64,000 nt of DNA from a virus. Its lineage: Duplodnaviria > Caudoviricetes. The stretch lies in IMG/VR virus record IMGVR_UViG_3300028364_000013. One strand, given 5' to 3'. The notes beneath the pieces were generated by a model. It did no database searches and was not told the DNA's origin. It saw nothing but the letters and a program-made list of their open reading frames with translations. Shown here one piece after another: positions 1-8,675 of this stretch (positions are counted from its first letter, which is position 1; each line of letters begins with the position of its first letter). Made by a program: the position numbers and the translations under genes.

Positions 1-1591
1 TCTTATCAGTACCAATATTTGATGTCATGATGATAATAGTGTTCTTAAAATTAATTTCTCTTCCTGTAGCATCAGTTAAAATACCATCATCAAGAATTTG
101 AAGGAAGATGTTAAAAATATCTGGATGCGCCTTTTCAATCTCATCAAAAAGCAAAATAGAGTATGGCTTGTTTTTAACAGCCTCAGTAAGTATACCTCTA
201 TCTTCGTGACCTACATATCCTGGAGGTGAACCAATAAGTTTAGTTACATTGAATTTCTCCATGTACTCACTCATATCAAATCTAATAAACGCATCTTCGC
301 TGTCAAACATAAAATTAGACAATTGCTTCGCTAAGTGTGTTTTACCAACACCTGTTGAACCTAATAATAAAAATGATGCAATTGGCTTATTAGGGTCTTG
401 AATACCCAACCTCGAACGTTGTATTGCTTCGCAAACTTTTTCAACTGCTTCATTTTGACCAATAACTGTTTTTTCAAGATAGCTCTTCATGTTGATTAAT
501 CTCTCGTTTTCATTATCTGTCATCTTTGTAATAGGAACTCCAACGTGATTAGCGATTACTTCTGCGACATCCTGAACGGTTACAACCACTCTTGTTTCTC
601 TAAGCTTTTCTTCCCACTTAATAGTTTCTTCTTCTATCTTCACGAGCATTGCTCTCTCTTTGTCTCTAAACTTTGCTGCATCTTCGTATTTTTGACTCTT
701 TGCAGCATCGCTCTTCTTTTCCTGGATTCCTTCAAGCTCTTTTTCAAGTTTCTTGATTCCTTCTGGAACTGGCGTGTTATTCAACTTAACTCTTGAACCT
801 ACTTCGTCCAATGCGTCAATAGCTTTATCTGGAAAGTTTCTGTAATTAACATACCTATCAGTAAATTCAACACACTTCTCAAGAACTTCATCAGAATAAA
901 TCACATTGTGATAATTCTCATACCTTTCTCTAAGCTGCTTTAGAATCTGTAAAGTCTCTTCTGGCGAAGGGATGTCTACATAAATTTTTTGAAATCTTCT
1001 TTCAAGAGCGGAATCGCTCTCAATAATCTTCTTGTACTCATCAACCGTTGTAGCACCGATTACCTTAATCTCACCTCTGGCAAGCGCTGGCTTGATGATG
1101 TTTGATGCATCCATAGAGCCAGATGCTCCACCTGCTCCAACTACATTATGAAGCTCATCAATGAATATAATTACATCTGGACTTCCTTTTACTTCTTTTA
1201 AAAGGTCTTCCATGCGTTGCTCAAATTCGCCTCTATATTTAGTTCCAGATACAAGTGAGGTAAAATTAATCTCAACTATTCTTTTGTTAAAAAGCCATCT
1301 ATCAACTTGCTTGTTAGCGATTCTTAAAGCAAGACCTTCTGCGATAGCAGTTTTACCAACTCCAGCCTCTCCTACAAGTACAGGGTTATTTTTCTTTCTC
1401 TTATTGAGGATTTGAACTAACTTGTCAACCTCTGCATCTCTACCAACAACAGGGTCAAGTCCACCTTTAGTGGCCAACGCTGTTAAATCCTTTCCATAAT
1501 GGTCAAGGATTGGAGTTTTGCTCTTACTATTCTTTTTGATTCTATCTGTATTAGAATCATCGTCTTCTGGTCCAAAAGCTCTTCTGTCCAT
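1..1591 (-). CDS. clpC: ClpC/ClpB-family AAA+ chaperone ATPase (runs off the window edge; no N-terminal Clp repeat domain)
   Basis: Own translation from ATG at 1591: [26 protein letters not shown] (Walker A1), [25 protein letters not shown] (Walker A2), [32 protein letters not shown]. Confidence 0.93.
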   Translation of the reverse strand, partial: MDRRAFGPEDDDSNTDRIKKNSKSKTPILDHYGKDLTALATKGGLDPVVGRDAEVDKLVQILNKRKKNNPVLVGEAGVGKTAIAEGLALRIANKQVDRWLFNKRIVEINFTSLVSGTKYRGEFEQRMEDLLKEVKGSPDVIIFIDELHNVVGAGGASGSMDASNIIKPALARGEIKVIGATTVDEYKKIIESDSALERRFQKIYVDIPSPEETLQILKQLRERYENYHNVIYSDEVLEKCVEFTDRYVNYRNFPDKAIDALDEVGSRVKLNNTPVPEGIKKLEKELEGIQEKKSDAAKSQKYEDAAKFRDKERAMLVKIEEETIKWEEKLRETRVVVTVQDVAEVIANHVGVPITKMTDNENERLINMKSYLEKTVIGQNEAVEKVCEAIQRSRLGIQDPNKPIASFLLLGSTGVGKTHLAKQLSNFMFDSEDAFIRFDMSEYMEKFNVTKLIGSPPGYVGHEDRGILTEAVKNKPYSILLFDEIEKAHPDIFNIFLQILDDGILTDATGREINFKNTIIIMTSNIGTDK

Positions 1592-1676
1592 AATTATCTC
1601 TTTAAATGTTTGTAAAATTTAAGAATTTTAATCCAAAAAACCAAGAGAAAACAAAAGGTTCTGTATATTTTTTAAA

Positions 1677-1880
1677 TTACTCCTTTAACCTTTTATATAC
1701 CAGCTCTATAAAGATTATCTTTTCATTATCTTTTAGAGCACCTATAGATTGTACATCGTATTTTTCTGTTGGATATGTTCTTCTGATTTTGTCCCAAAAG
1801 AATTCGAAACCTTTTTTCTCTATCTCATTTGTAGTAATTGAGATTACCACCTTTTCCATCGTTTTTAATACTAAATCCAT
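1677..1880 (-). CDS. Hypothetical protein (67 aa)
   Basis: ORF preceded by TATTTATA motif (1896-1903), co-oriented with neighbours. Confidence 0.65.
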   Translation of the reverse strand: MDLVLKTMEKVVISITTNEIEKKGFEFFWDKIRRTYPTEKYDVQSIGALKDNEKIIFIELVYKRLKE

Positions 1881-1949
1881 AATTTCTAAGTTTCCTATAA
1901 ATAATCAGAAGAAACCAATAAATCACTGTATAAGCAAACTAAAAAATGG

Positions 1950-2297
1950 CTAAACTCCTAAATTTGAATAAAATTGATGATTTTCTTTCAAATTGTTGAT
2001 AACTATTTCTGCTATGTCGAGAATATTAAAGAGACTTCTCTTTGCTTTTTCCACATAAATACCTTTAACAAATTCCTCCATTGGAAATCCGTATAGGTCA
2101 TTGTTTTCAGAAACTTCATCCCAATTCATCAAATAATCTTCTTTAGTGTCTATTTCCTCTGGAAGCCTTACGATGTCATCTTTCTTGTGATAAGGAAAAC
2201 TATTGTGACCACCAACTACCGAATGAGATGGGTGTTCCTGCTGCATCGCCTCATGCAACGCTCGCCTTATTTCTTCTCTTATTTCTTTTTCTTCCAT
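1950..2297 (-). CDS. Hypothetical protein with Glu-rich amphipathic N-terminal leader
   Basis: ORF; N-terminus MEEKEIREEIRRALHEAM; TATTTATA motif upstream. Confidence 0.75.
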   Translation of the reverse strand: MEEKEIREEIRRALHEAMQQEHPSHSVVGGHNSFPYHKKDDIVRLPEEIDTKEDYLMNWDEVSENNDLYGFPMEEFVKGIYVEKAKRSLFNILDIAEIVINNLKENHQFYSNLGV

Positions 2298-2322
2298 TAC
2301 CTATATAAATATGGCAAAAAAA

Positions 2323-2347
2323 AAAGGTAGACACATTGCCTACCTTT
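2323..2347 (-). terminator. Intrinsic terminator-like hairpin
   Basis: AAAGGTAG-N9-CTACCTTT followed by a U-run on the minus strand, just after the 467-aa ORF. Confidence 0.6.
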
Positions 2348-2372
2348 AATATTTTTAAACTAAAACTATTTC

Positions 2373-3776
2373 TTATTTTGACACCAAGGAAACAACGTTC
2401 TTAGCTTGCTCATAGCTCATTGTAATTTTTACATTATCCTTGTCATTCATGTCAGTAATTGATAATAGATTACAAACGGTAAGGAAATTATCTACAACCC
2501 TCTTATCATATACGATATTTCTTGACTCAATATCTTTAATCAAACCTTTTATTGGAGGTATAGTATCTCCAATAACTCTTTTACCATCTAAGAACAAAGT
2601 ATCCAATAAGCTCATGTAAATAGGATTTGACTCTATACCCTGAAGTATTGCTGCAAAACTTTTCTTTGGTTCATCTTTTTTTTCGAATTCACCATTTTCA
2701 CCTTCAACATACTCAGCTACTTCTTCGCTTTTTTCTTCTGGGAAATCATGACCAAAATCAAGAATTTCAGAGTCAGCATCCACGCTATTAATTGCATCAA
2801 CAATTTTTTTCTGCCTTTCATCAGAGTTTTCTATTGCCTCATCTAAATCGGTTTCTTCAACCAATTCTTCTATCACCTCTTCTGGTTCATGTTTTTTGAA
2901 TCTGTCTCTTAGACGGCCTAAAAACCTTTTTTTATCATCTTCTGGCAGCCTGTTTCCTTCATTGTTAGCATCATATATGTTGCTGGCAAATATAACCAAC
3001 AACACAGCCAATGGGTCAAATACAAATATAAGCATTAATATGAACCAGTTTATAATATCATCCATAGGCCTATCAAGAACTGTTGACATATATTTAAGTG
3101 GCCCTATTTCTGTAGCTATGTCTGAATTTTGAAGGTCGAGTATTTCGATGTCTAAATCTCCAATCTCTTGATTTATCACATTTACTTTTAAAGCAATAGT
3201 ATCCAGTTCAGCTTGAAGCTTTTGAATCTCCTCTGTTGACTGCTCTATAAGAATTTGTGTTTTTTTAGCACTACTGCTCCAGCCTTTATTATAAAGCGAA
3301 TCAAGACGAGCCTCCTGCTGAACCCTTGTGTCATTAAGTAAAGTAACTCTATCAGATTTTGATGTCTTGATTTCGTCAATACCAGCGATTTGAGTTTGCT
3401 TCTGCTCTTGTTGCTTCTCTATCAACTCTATTTTACCTTGAATTTTGTCTAATTGAATTGACGTTTCAGAGTAAGCTCCTGCCAGGAACCCATAAATACC
3501 TGAACTGGTAATAAGCATTACAGCCAACACCATAGCTGTTAGCGTGTATTTCATCCACCACTTTGTCTTGGTCCAATATCTGTGAAGCGCTGCTGTAGTA
3601 GCAAGCTTACCAAACTCTATAAAGGATGCCATAATGATAACCTCAAGAGCGGCACCACCAAATAATTTAGACAATCCTGAAATAGAAAAGTACGCTGCAG
3701 AACCAGCGAGACCAAGAGCCGCCAACACTATAAGTAGCGTCCAAAAGTACTTATTAAAGAATTTTTTCATATGCAA
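2373..3776 (-). CDS. Membrane protein with N-terminal TM helices, long coiled coil, further TM helix and acidic tail
   Basis: Hydrophobic segments at about aa 10-100 and 240-265 flanking a coiled coil; true start probably ATG at 3770. Confidence 0.8.
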   Translation of the reverse strand: MHMKKFFNKYFWTLLIVLAALGLAGSAAYFSISGLSKLFGGAALEVIIMASFIEFGKLATTAALHRYWTKTKWWMKYTLTAMVLAVMLITSSGIYGFLAGAYSETSIQLDKIQGKIELIEKQQEQKQTQIAGIDEIKTSKSDRVTLLNDTRVQQEARLDSLYNKGWSSSAKKTQILIEQSTEEIQKLQAELDTIALKVNVINQEIGDLDIEILDLQNSDIATEIGPLKYMSTVLDRPMDDIINWFILMLIFVFDPLAVLLVIFASNIYDANNEGNRLPEDDKKRFLGRLRDRFKKHEPEEVIEELVEETDLDEAIENSDERQKKIVDAINSVDADSEILDFGHDFPEEKSEEVAEYVEGENGEFEKKDEPKKSFAAILQGIESNPIYMSLLDTLFLDGKRVIGDTIPPIKGLIKDIESRNIVYDKRVVDNFLTVCNLLSITDMNDKDNVKITMSYEQAKNVVSLVSK

Positions 3777-3805
3777 ATTTAAGATTTTTAAACATAAAAA
3801 TCAAA
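3774..3805 (-). promoter_or_regulatory. Bacteroidota sigma-A type promoter TTTG-N20-TAAATTTG
   Basis: Plus strand CAAATTTA 3774-3781 and CAAA 3802-3805, 20-nt spacer. Confidence 0.65.
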
Positions 3806-3815
3806 TAAAAATAAC

Positions 3816-4244
3816 TTATTTTTCCCCTGGAGCAAGGTCAGTGTGAGAGTTGTCTCCTATCCCGTGCTTGCGCTTGAAGTTGCTAAGTATTTTTATAAGA
3901 AATGATGTTGGCCTACCTTGAGTTTCGCCATTAGGCCTAAGGTTATCTAAGTGTTTCATTGTCCACTTATTCGGTCTTCCATCTGGAAGTATGTATTGTT
4001 CATTATTATGATACCATCTTTGACCATCCCATACATACAAAGGATGTTGTTCTCCATAAGAATACGCTGCATACATTTGACCAAGGTCTCCCAAATCTTC
4101 ACCATAAGTGTGTGAGCCAACGAAGTTTTGTCTATTCGCAACTTCCTCTGCAGCATCTTTATTGGAAATTCTTTCTTCCTTATAAAGTTCTTCTTTGAAA
4201 ACTTTCGAAAACTCTTCGTTTACTATGTCTGTAAGCTTTTTCAT
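3816..4244 (-). CDS. Hypothetical phage protein with Glu-rich leader
   Basis: ORF; MKKLTDIVNEEFSKVFKEE; YSYGEQHPLYVWDG core; TATTTATA upstream. Confidence 0.75.
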   Translation of the reverse strand: MKKLTDIVNEEFSKVFKEELYKEERISNKDAAEEVANRQNFVGSHTYGEDLGDLGQMYAAYSYGEQHPLYVWDGQRWYHNNEQYILPDGRPNKWTMKHLDNLRPNGETQGRPTSFLIKILSNFKRKHGIGDNSHTDLAPGEK

Positions 4245-4311
4245 ACAAAAATCATTTAATATAAATAGTCTAAAAAAAAGGTGTCATAAGCCGTTATTCT
4301 ATAAAAAAGGC

Positions 4312-4336
4312 AACATTATTTTTAAATTTACGTATA
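4312..4336 (+). promoter_or_regulatory. ECF-like promoter AACATT-N13-CGTATA (copy 1)
   Basis: Exact motif 22 nt upstream of ORF 4359; four identically spaced copies in the window. Confidence 0.65.
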
Positions 4337-4358
4337 TAATATATACCTTTAAAGTAAT

Positions 4359-4754
4359 ATGGGACTAAAATACAAACTTAGAAAACTACGAGTAAGGCTC
4401 AAAAAATCTAAAGATAAAGACTTAGCTTTGGATGACGTTCAAGAAAAAGCTATTGCAGTTGTTATTCAAATGATTAACAGTAGCAGTAGCGAATTAATCA
4501 TGGACCCCAAAAATTCAAGAAAAGGCGTTAAAAATAAAGACTCATTCATCTGCATTAGAAGACATAAATTAACTATTATTAATGGAGGATACCCTTATGA
4601 TGTACCTATTGATGACAGGATTCATGACCATATTACAGAAAAATTCTACGAAAAACTAACAAGAAGATTTAATGCAATTGATTGCCAAATTGATTCTATG
4701 GTAAAAGAGAATTTAGACACCATAAAAGATAATCTAAAAAATAAAGAATCTTAA
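4359..4754 (+). CDS. Hypothetical basic protein (131 aa)
   Basis: ORF directly downstream of AACATT/CGTATA motif. Confidence 0.75.
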   Translation: MGLKYKLRKLRVRLKKSKDKDLALDDVQEKAIAVVIQMINSSSSELIMDPKNSRKGVKNKDSFICIRRHKLTIINGGYPYDVPIDDRIHDHITEKFYEKLTRRFNAIDCQIDSMVKENLDTIKDNLKNKES

Positions 4755-4762
4755 ATTTTCCA

Positions 4763-4787
4763 AACATTTTCTTTTTGTTTACGTATA
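4763..4787 (+). promoter_or_regulatory. ECF-like promoter AACATT-N13-CGTATA (copy 2)
   Basis: Exact motif 29 nt upstream of ORF 4817. Confidence 0.65.
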
Positions 4788-4816
4788 ACTTAATTGAACC
4801 AATAGAACATTAAGTT

Positions 4817-5458
4817 ATGCTATACTATTTTGATAAAGAAAAACTTGAATATAGATTTGCTAAAAAATCATTAGCAATAATTGTCACATCAACTCTATTG
4901 CTAATTGCAGTTGCTGTACTCTTTATAAGCTCGCTAATGGCTAATAAAAGAGTTGAGAAGAAAATTAATGAAAATCCGAACATTATCAACCTATCCTCAA
5001 TGGAGCCAGAGGAAATTATAGTCGTTGTCAATAACGCTGATGAATTCTCTGAAGAAAAACTTAAAAACTATATTCTTGAGTTAAATATTAAATTTCCAGA
5101 CATTGCGTTTGCACAAGCGAGATATGAAAGCGGAAACTGGGGGACCAATCCTGGCGCTAATATGTTTGAGAAAAACAATAACCTTTTTGGAATGAAGTGT
5201 GCGACCTCAAGAACAACAACTCACAAGGGAGAGCAAAATGGTCACGCTTATTATAGTCACTGGAGAGAAAGTGTTATTGACTATGCTATGTGGCAGGATG
5301 CCTACGCAAGAGATTTGAAGACCAGAGAAGATTATGTCGCTTACCTCAAGAGGGTGTATGCCGAGGGAACATATGTTTCTATCATGCAAATCGTCAAAGA
5401 GGTTAGAAAAAAATACCCAGAACTTTACGTCAAGTCTTATCCAAAATTAGATAAATAA
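4817..5458 (+). CDS. Membrane-anchored glucosaminidase (GH73-like peptidoglycan hydrolase)
   Basis: N-terminal TM helix; AFAQARYESG...NNNLFGMK and YYSHWRESVIDY motifs. Confidence 0.8.
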   Translation: MLYYFDKEKLEYRFAKKSLAIIVTSTLLLIAVAVLFISSLMANKRVEKKINENPNIINLSSMEPEEIIVVVNNADEFSEEKLKNYILELNIKFPDIAFAQARYESGNWGTNPGANMFEKNNNLFGMKCATSRTTTHKGEQNGHAYYSHWRESVIDYAMWQDAYARDLKTREDYVAYLKRVYAEGTYVSIMQIVKEVRKKYPELYVKSYPKLDK

Positions 5459-5513
5459 AAAAACCCTCCAGCATTGCTGAAAGGTTCTTTTAATTTAATA
5501 AACAAAACTTAAT

Positions 5514-6023
5514 TTAGAATGGTAAATCATCCTGTGCTTTTGCGTTAGCAAAATCATTTGTTGCAACATACTCCTTAGTTTGCGCTTGAGCCTCTGCAAC
5601 TGGTGCATTAGCTTTTTGTGCTGGAGCAGAGTTTTGTGCTGGAGCAGAGTTTTGTGCTGGAGCAGCGTCAGTACCGTTAGCTTTTGTTCCAGTGAACAAA
5701 ATTTTGTCAGCAACTACTTTAGTAGAATAAAAAGTAACCTCTTGACCATTAACTTCTTTTACGTAGCTATCAGTCTTTAATTTACCTTTTACGATAAACC
5801 CAGTTCCTTTTTTTCCATAACTTCCTAAGAAATTAGCAAGACCATTCCAAGCCTCAACCTTAACCCATTCAGTAGTTTGAACTCTATCTCCACCAGCTTT
5901 AGGCGCATAAGAGTCGTTAATTGCGATAGACATGTTTGCAACAGCCTTATCACCATCTAATTGTTTTACTTCTGCATCAGCACCTAAAGTACCCATGATA
6001 GTAACATCGTTTAATCCATTCAT
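5514..6023 (-). CDS. ssb: Single-stranded DNA-binding protein
   Basis: NDVTIMGTLGADAEV, TEWVKVEAWNGLA, VKGKLKTDSY; C-terminal DDLPF. Confidence 0.95.
   Translation of the reverse strand: MNGLNDVTIMGTLGADAEVKQLDGDKAVANMSIAINDSYAPKAGGDRVQTTEWVKVEAWNGLANFLGSYGKKGTGFIVKGKLKTDSYVKEVNGQEVTFYSTKVVADKILFTGTKANGTDAAPAQNSAPAQNSAPAQKANAPVAEAQAQTKEYVATNDFANAKAQDDLPF
5614..5666. repeat. 18-bp tandem repeat (about 3 copies; APAQNS) in the SSB linker
   Basis: TTTTGTGCTGGAGCAGAG repeated. Confidence 0.8.
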
Positions 6024-6067
6024 GATTTTTAATTTTAAATTATTATTTGTTTCACTTAATTAGACTA

Positions 6068-6099
6068 CAAATCTATGTCACTTTTAGTTAACATCCAAA
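6068..6099 (-). promoter_or_regulatory. Bacteroidota sigma-A type promoter TTTG-N20-TAGATTTG upstream of ssb
   Basis: Plus strand CAAATCTA 6068-6075 and CAAA 6096-6099. Confidence 0.7.
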
Positions 6100-6156
6100 T
6101 TTATTTTGACTTTTTTGATGTATTTATTAGAAACAACTCATTAACATTACCAAACA

Positions 6157-7557
6157 ATGAACAAAGACGTTAAAAAAATAATTTCAGAAGCATTCAATGA
6201 ACTATATAAAGATTTGATTTCTGAAGCAGAAGCTGGTATGAATCCTGCAGACAAAGCAGCAGCAGATAAAATGATTGCAAGAGTTAAAACTTATGGAGAT
6301 GCAAGTGGGTTCTCAAACAATGGAGCAAACACAAAGCAGAATGATGTTTTTAACTACATATTAGATGCGCTTATTTCTGAATACAAAAGTACAGAAGACC
6401 AAAATACTAAGCAAAAAATTAAAAATGGTATCCAGGGAGCTTTTTTCCCAGCAATGAATGCAGATGGAAGACCCAACAAGACATTAAATGTACTTATGGG
6501 AAAATGGCCAGGAAAAGATAGAGATGCAGTTCAAGATGCTGCAGCTTCAGCGTATGAATCATTCATGAAAAACTTTGATGGGTTTATAGACAAATACACA
6601 CCTGGAGCTGGAAGTAGTTTTGGTGGAATTGTTTTAAACAACTTGAATTCTAAAATGTATGATGTAATTCAAAAAGGATTTAGAGGAAAAGGCCTTGGTG
6701 GAACTCAGGATACTTATTCAAGAGCTGGAAACAGCATGGGCTCTATGGATGACCCTTATGGAGACGATAGCACACTTGGAGCGACAATGGCTGACCCAAA
6801 CTCATTAGGAGCAGACAATGACACTGAAGCATCAATATCGGAAGACCAAGATTTATTGGCAATCGTTAATGGATGGCTTAAGAATAATGTTTCAGAAAAA
6901 CAATACATCGCCTTTAGAGAACTTACAAAAGGATTTACTCCAAATGAAGTTGCTGAAGATTTCCCAGAGCATTTTGGAATTGGTAAAGATGTTTCAAGAA
7001 ATTTCGCACAATTACTTTCGAGAAAAGAAAAAGATGAAGATGGAAACACTGCCCTTACGCTTGACAGACTTAGCGACATGCTTTCTTATGCAAAGAAAAG
7101 AGATATTGACTTGAAAAACATAGTTCTTAAAAATCTTAGACAAACTATCTCTCAAGACCCAAGCTTCTCTGGGGATGGAAAACGTTCTTACGTATCTTCT
7201 CCTGAAACAAAAGCGGCTCTTAAAGATTTGAGCGATTCAATGTATGAACTTGGTCCAGATGTTTTAAGCAAACTTGGAGTTAAAGATAAAATTGATTTCC
7301 AAAATGGAGCTCAAATTTCAAAAATTATAAACAAACTTACTGTCCTTGGATTGGAAAGTGAGGTTCGTGATATTGAAGATGCTTGGGCTGATGTTAAAAG
7401 AACAAGAGATGCCTCAGCTGATTATGGTAAAGTAACTAACTATGCCGACAAAGTAGATGAAAGCGGTATCGCAGGAATGTTTGAAGGACTTGATGTCTAT
7501 GATGGTTTCGATATAGAAATTCTTATGAACAGAGTTATGCAAAGATTATCAAAATAA
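6157..7557 (+). CDS. Divergent sigma70/ECF-like protein with Glu-rich leader (putative virion-associated sigma factor)
   Basis: Region-2-like DRDAVQDAAASAYESFMKNFDGFIDKYTPGAGSSFGGIVLNNLNSKMYDVIQK; region-3.2-like SMDDPYGDDSTLGATMAD; region-4-like NVSEKQYIAFRELTKGFTPNEVAEDF. Confidence 0.55.
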   Translation: MNKDVKKIISEAFNELYKDLISEAEAGMNPADKAAADKMIARVKTYGDASGFSNNGANTKQNDVFNYILDALISEYKSTEDQNTKQKIKNGIQGAFFPAMNADGRPNKTLNVLMGKWPGKDRDAVQDAAASAYESFMKNFDGFIDKYTPGAGSSFGGIVLNNLNSKMYDVIQKGFRGKGLGGTQDTYSRAGNSMGSMDDPYGDDSTLGATMADPNSLGADNDTEASISEDQDLLAIVNGWLKNNVSEKQYIAFRELTKGFTPNEVAEDFPEHFGIGKDVSRNFAQLLSRKEKDEDGNTALTLDRLSDMLSYAKKRDIDLKNIVLKNLRQTISQDPSFSGDGKRSYVSSPETKAALKDLSDSMYELGPDVLSKLGVKDKIDFQNGAQISKIINKLTVLGLESEVRDIEDAWADVKRTRDASADYGKVTNYADKVDESGIAGMFEGLDVYDGFDIEILMNRVMQRLSK

Positions 7558-7577
7558 ACTTAATTTTATAAAATTAG

Positions 7578-7606
7578 AAAAGACACCTCATTGGGTGTCT
7601 TTTTTT
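7578..7606. terminator. Bidirectional intrinsic terminator between convergent genes
   Basis: AAAAGACACC-loop-GGTGTCTTTT with T-run. Confidence 0.75.
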
Positions 7607-7607
7607 G

Positions 7608-7826
7608 TTATAACAACAATGCTTTAAAGTTTTGATTGTCTATCTGCTGAGGAACCCCATCGACAAGTTTATAAATATTAAGGTCTGAATCAAATAGAAC
7701 TAAATCATAATTCATATCTTCTTCTGTAAGAATTTTGTCATTCTCCATATCCTTAATTCTCACGATGTGCCTCTTGAGTCTTGACGCAAACATTTTATCA
7801 ACTTTATCGTGAAATTCTTTATTCAT
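7608..7826 (-). CDS. Hypothetical protein (72 aa)
   Basis: ORF co-oriented with 7844-8392. Confidence 0.6.
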   Translation of the reverse strand: MNKEFHDKVDKMFASRLKRHIVRIKDMENDKILTEEDMNYDLVLFDSDLNIYKLVDGVPQQIDNQNFKALLL

Positions 7827-7843
7827 AAGTTAATGTACTAAAT

Positions 7844-8392
7844 TTATTTATTATCGTATTTTGATTTTTTAGCTTTTGCGTAAATACCAATCGGTAAAAT
7901 TATAATACCAATAATCAATGGTAAAGTACAGATGCCTAAAATTAACCACGCATTAGCGACATATCTTTGTGCATACCAAGGTTTTGATGCATCCATCTCA
8001 TCTTCTTTAATTTTTTGCATATTCTGTGCATATTTAACCTCAAATTCAACATCGGATAATTTAACAATTTCAGATAAGTATTTTGTTAAATCTTGGAGAT
8101 GATAATTCGCATTTTGGACCTCAATTGAGTTATCAAAAGAGCCAAGCTTACGTCTAATCTCAATTGTAATTTTCGTGCTTATATCTGAAATTTTAGTCAT
8201 ATTAAAGTCAATATAGACACCTAATGATAAACCCTCAAAGCATTCAAGAATAACTTGGTTAAGAATGTCATTCTCATCATGAATTCTATATTTACCATCG
8301 GATGTGATATAAATTTTAGAAATAGATGATTTTACTTTTTCTATTGGGAAATCAATTGTGATTTCTTTCTTTGGATTTAGAATGCTAATCAT
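7844..8392 (-). CDS. Hypothetical membrane protein (C-terminal TM hairpin)
   Basis: AWLILGICTLPLIIGIIILPIGIY hydrophobic stretch; AACATT/CGTATA promoter upstream. Confidence 0.75.
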   Translation of the reverse strand: MISILNPKKEITIDFPIEKVKSSISKIYITSDGKYRIHDENDILNQVILECFEGLSLGVYIDFNMTKISDISTKITIEIRRKLGSFDNSIEVQNANYHLQDLTKYLSEIVKLSDVEFEVKYAQNMQKIKEDEMDASKPWYAQRYVANAWLILGICTLPLIIGIIILPIGIYAKAKKSKYDNK

Positions 8393-8428
8393 TTTTACTT
8401 TTTTGTTTTTAAATTATTATTACTTATT

Positions 8429-8453
8429 TATACGTTAAATTTAAAGAAATGTT
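8429..8453 (-). promoter_or_regulatory. ECF-like promoter AACATT-N13-CGTATA (copy 3)
   Basis: Plus strand TATACG 8429-8434 and AATGTT 8448-8453. Confidence 0.65.
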
Positions 8454-8511
8454 TCATGATTTCTAAAAAATCAGTTTACAAAGATAATAAATTTTTAATT
8501 AAACGAATAAT

Positions 8512-8658
8512 TCAAAATTTATTATCTTTAGTTTTAGTATTGACATGCACAACATTAGAATAATCATACCCATCATTCCTATCATTCCTATCATTCCTAT
8601 TATTCCAGTTACCAGAGTCTTTCAGTTTCTGTAAAAATTCTTTAGTCTTGTCTGTCAT
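8512..8658 (-). pseudogene. Truncated remnant of a DUF723-type homing endonuclease N-terminus with 9-bp repeat expansion
   Basis: Own translation MTDKTKEFLQKLKDSGNWNNRNDRNDRNDGYDYSNVVHVNTKTKDNKF*; YDYSxVxxxxxKxK resembles the repeats of ORF 10163-10999. Confidence 0.55.
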
Positions 8659-8675
8659 ATATTAAGTCAATTAAA

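Noticed and set aside
545-1415. Plus-strand ORFs 545-796 and 1161-1415, and the many similar short antisense ORFs in the track
   Set aside because: Shadows of well-supported genes on the opposite strand, with no recognisable motifs
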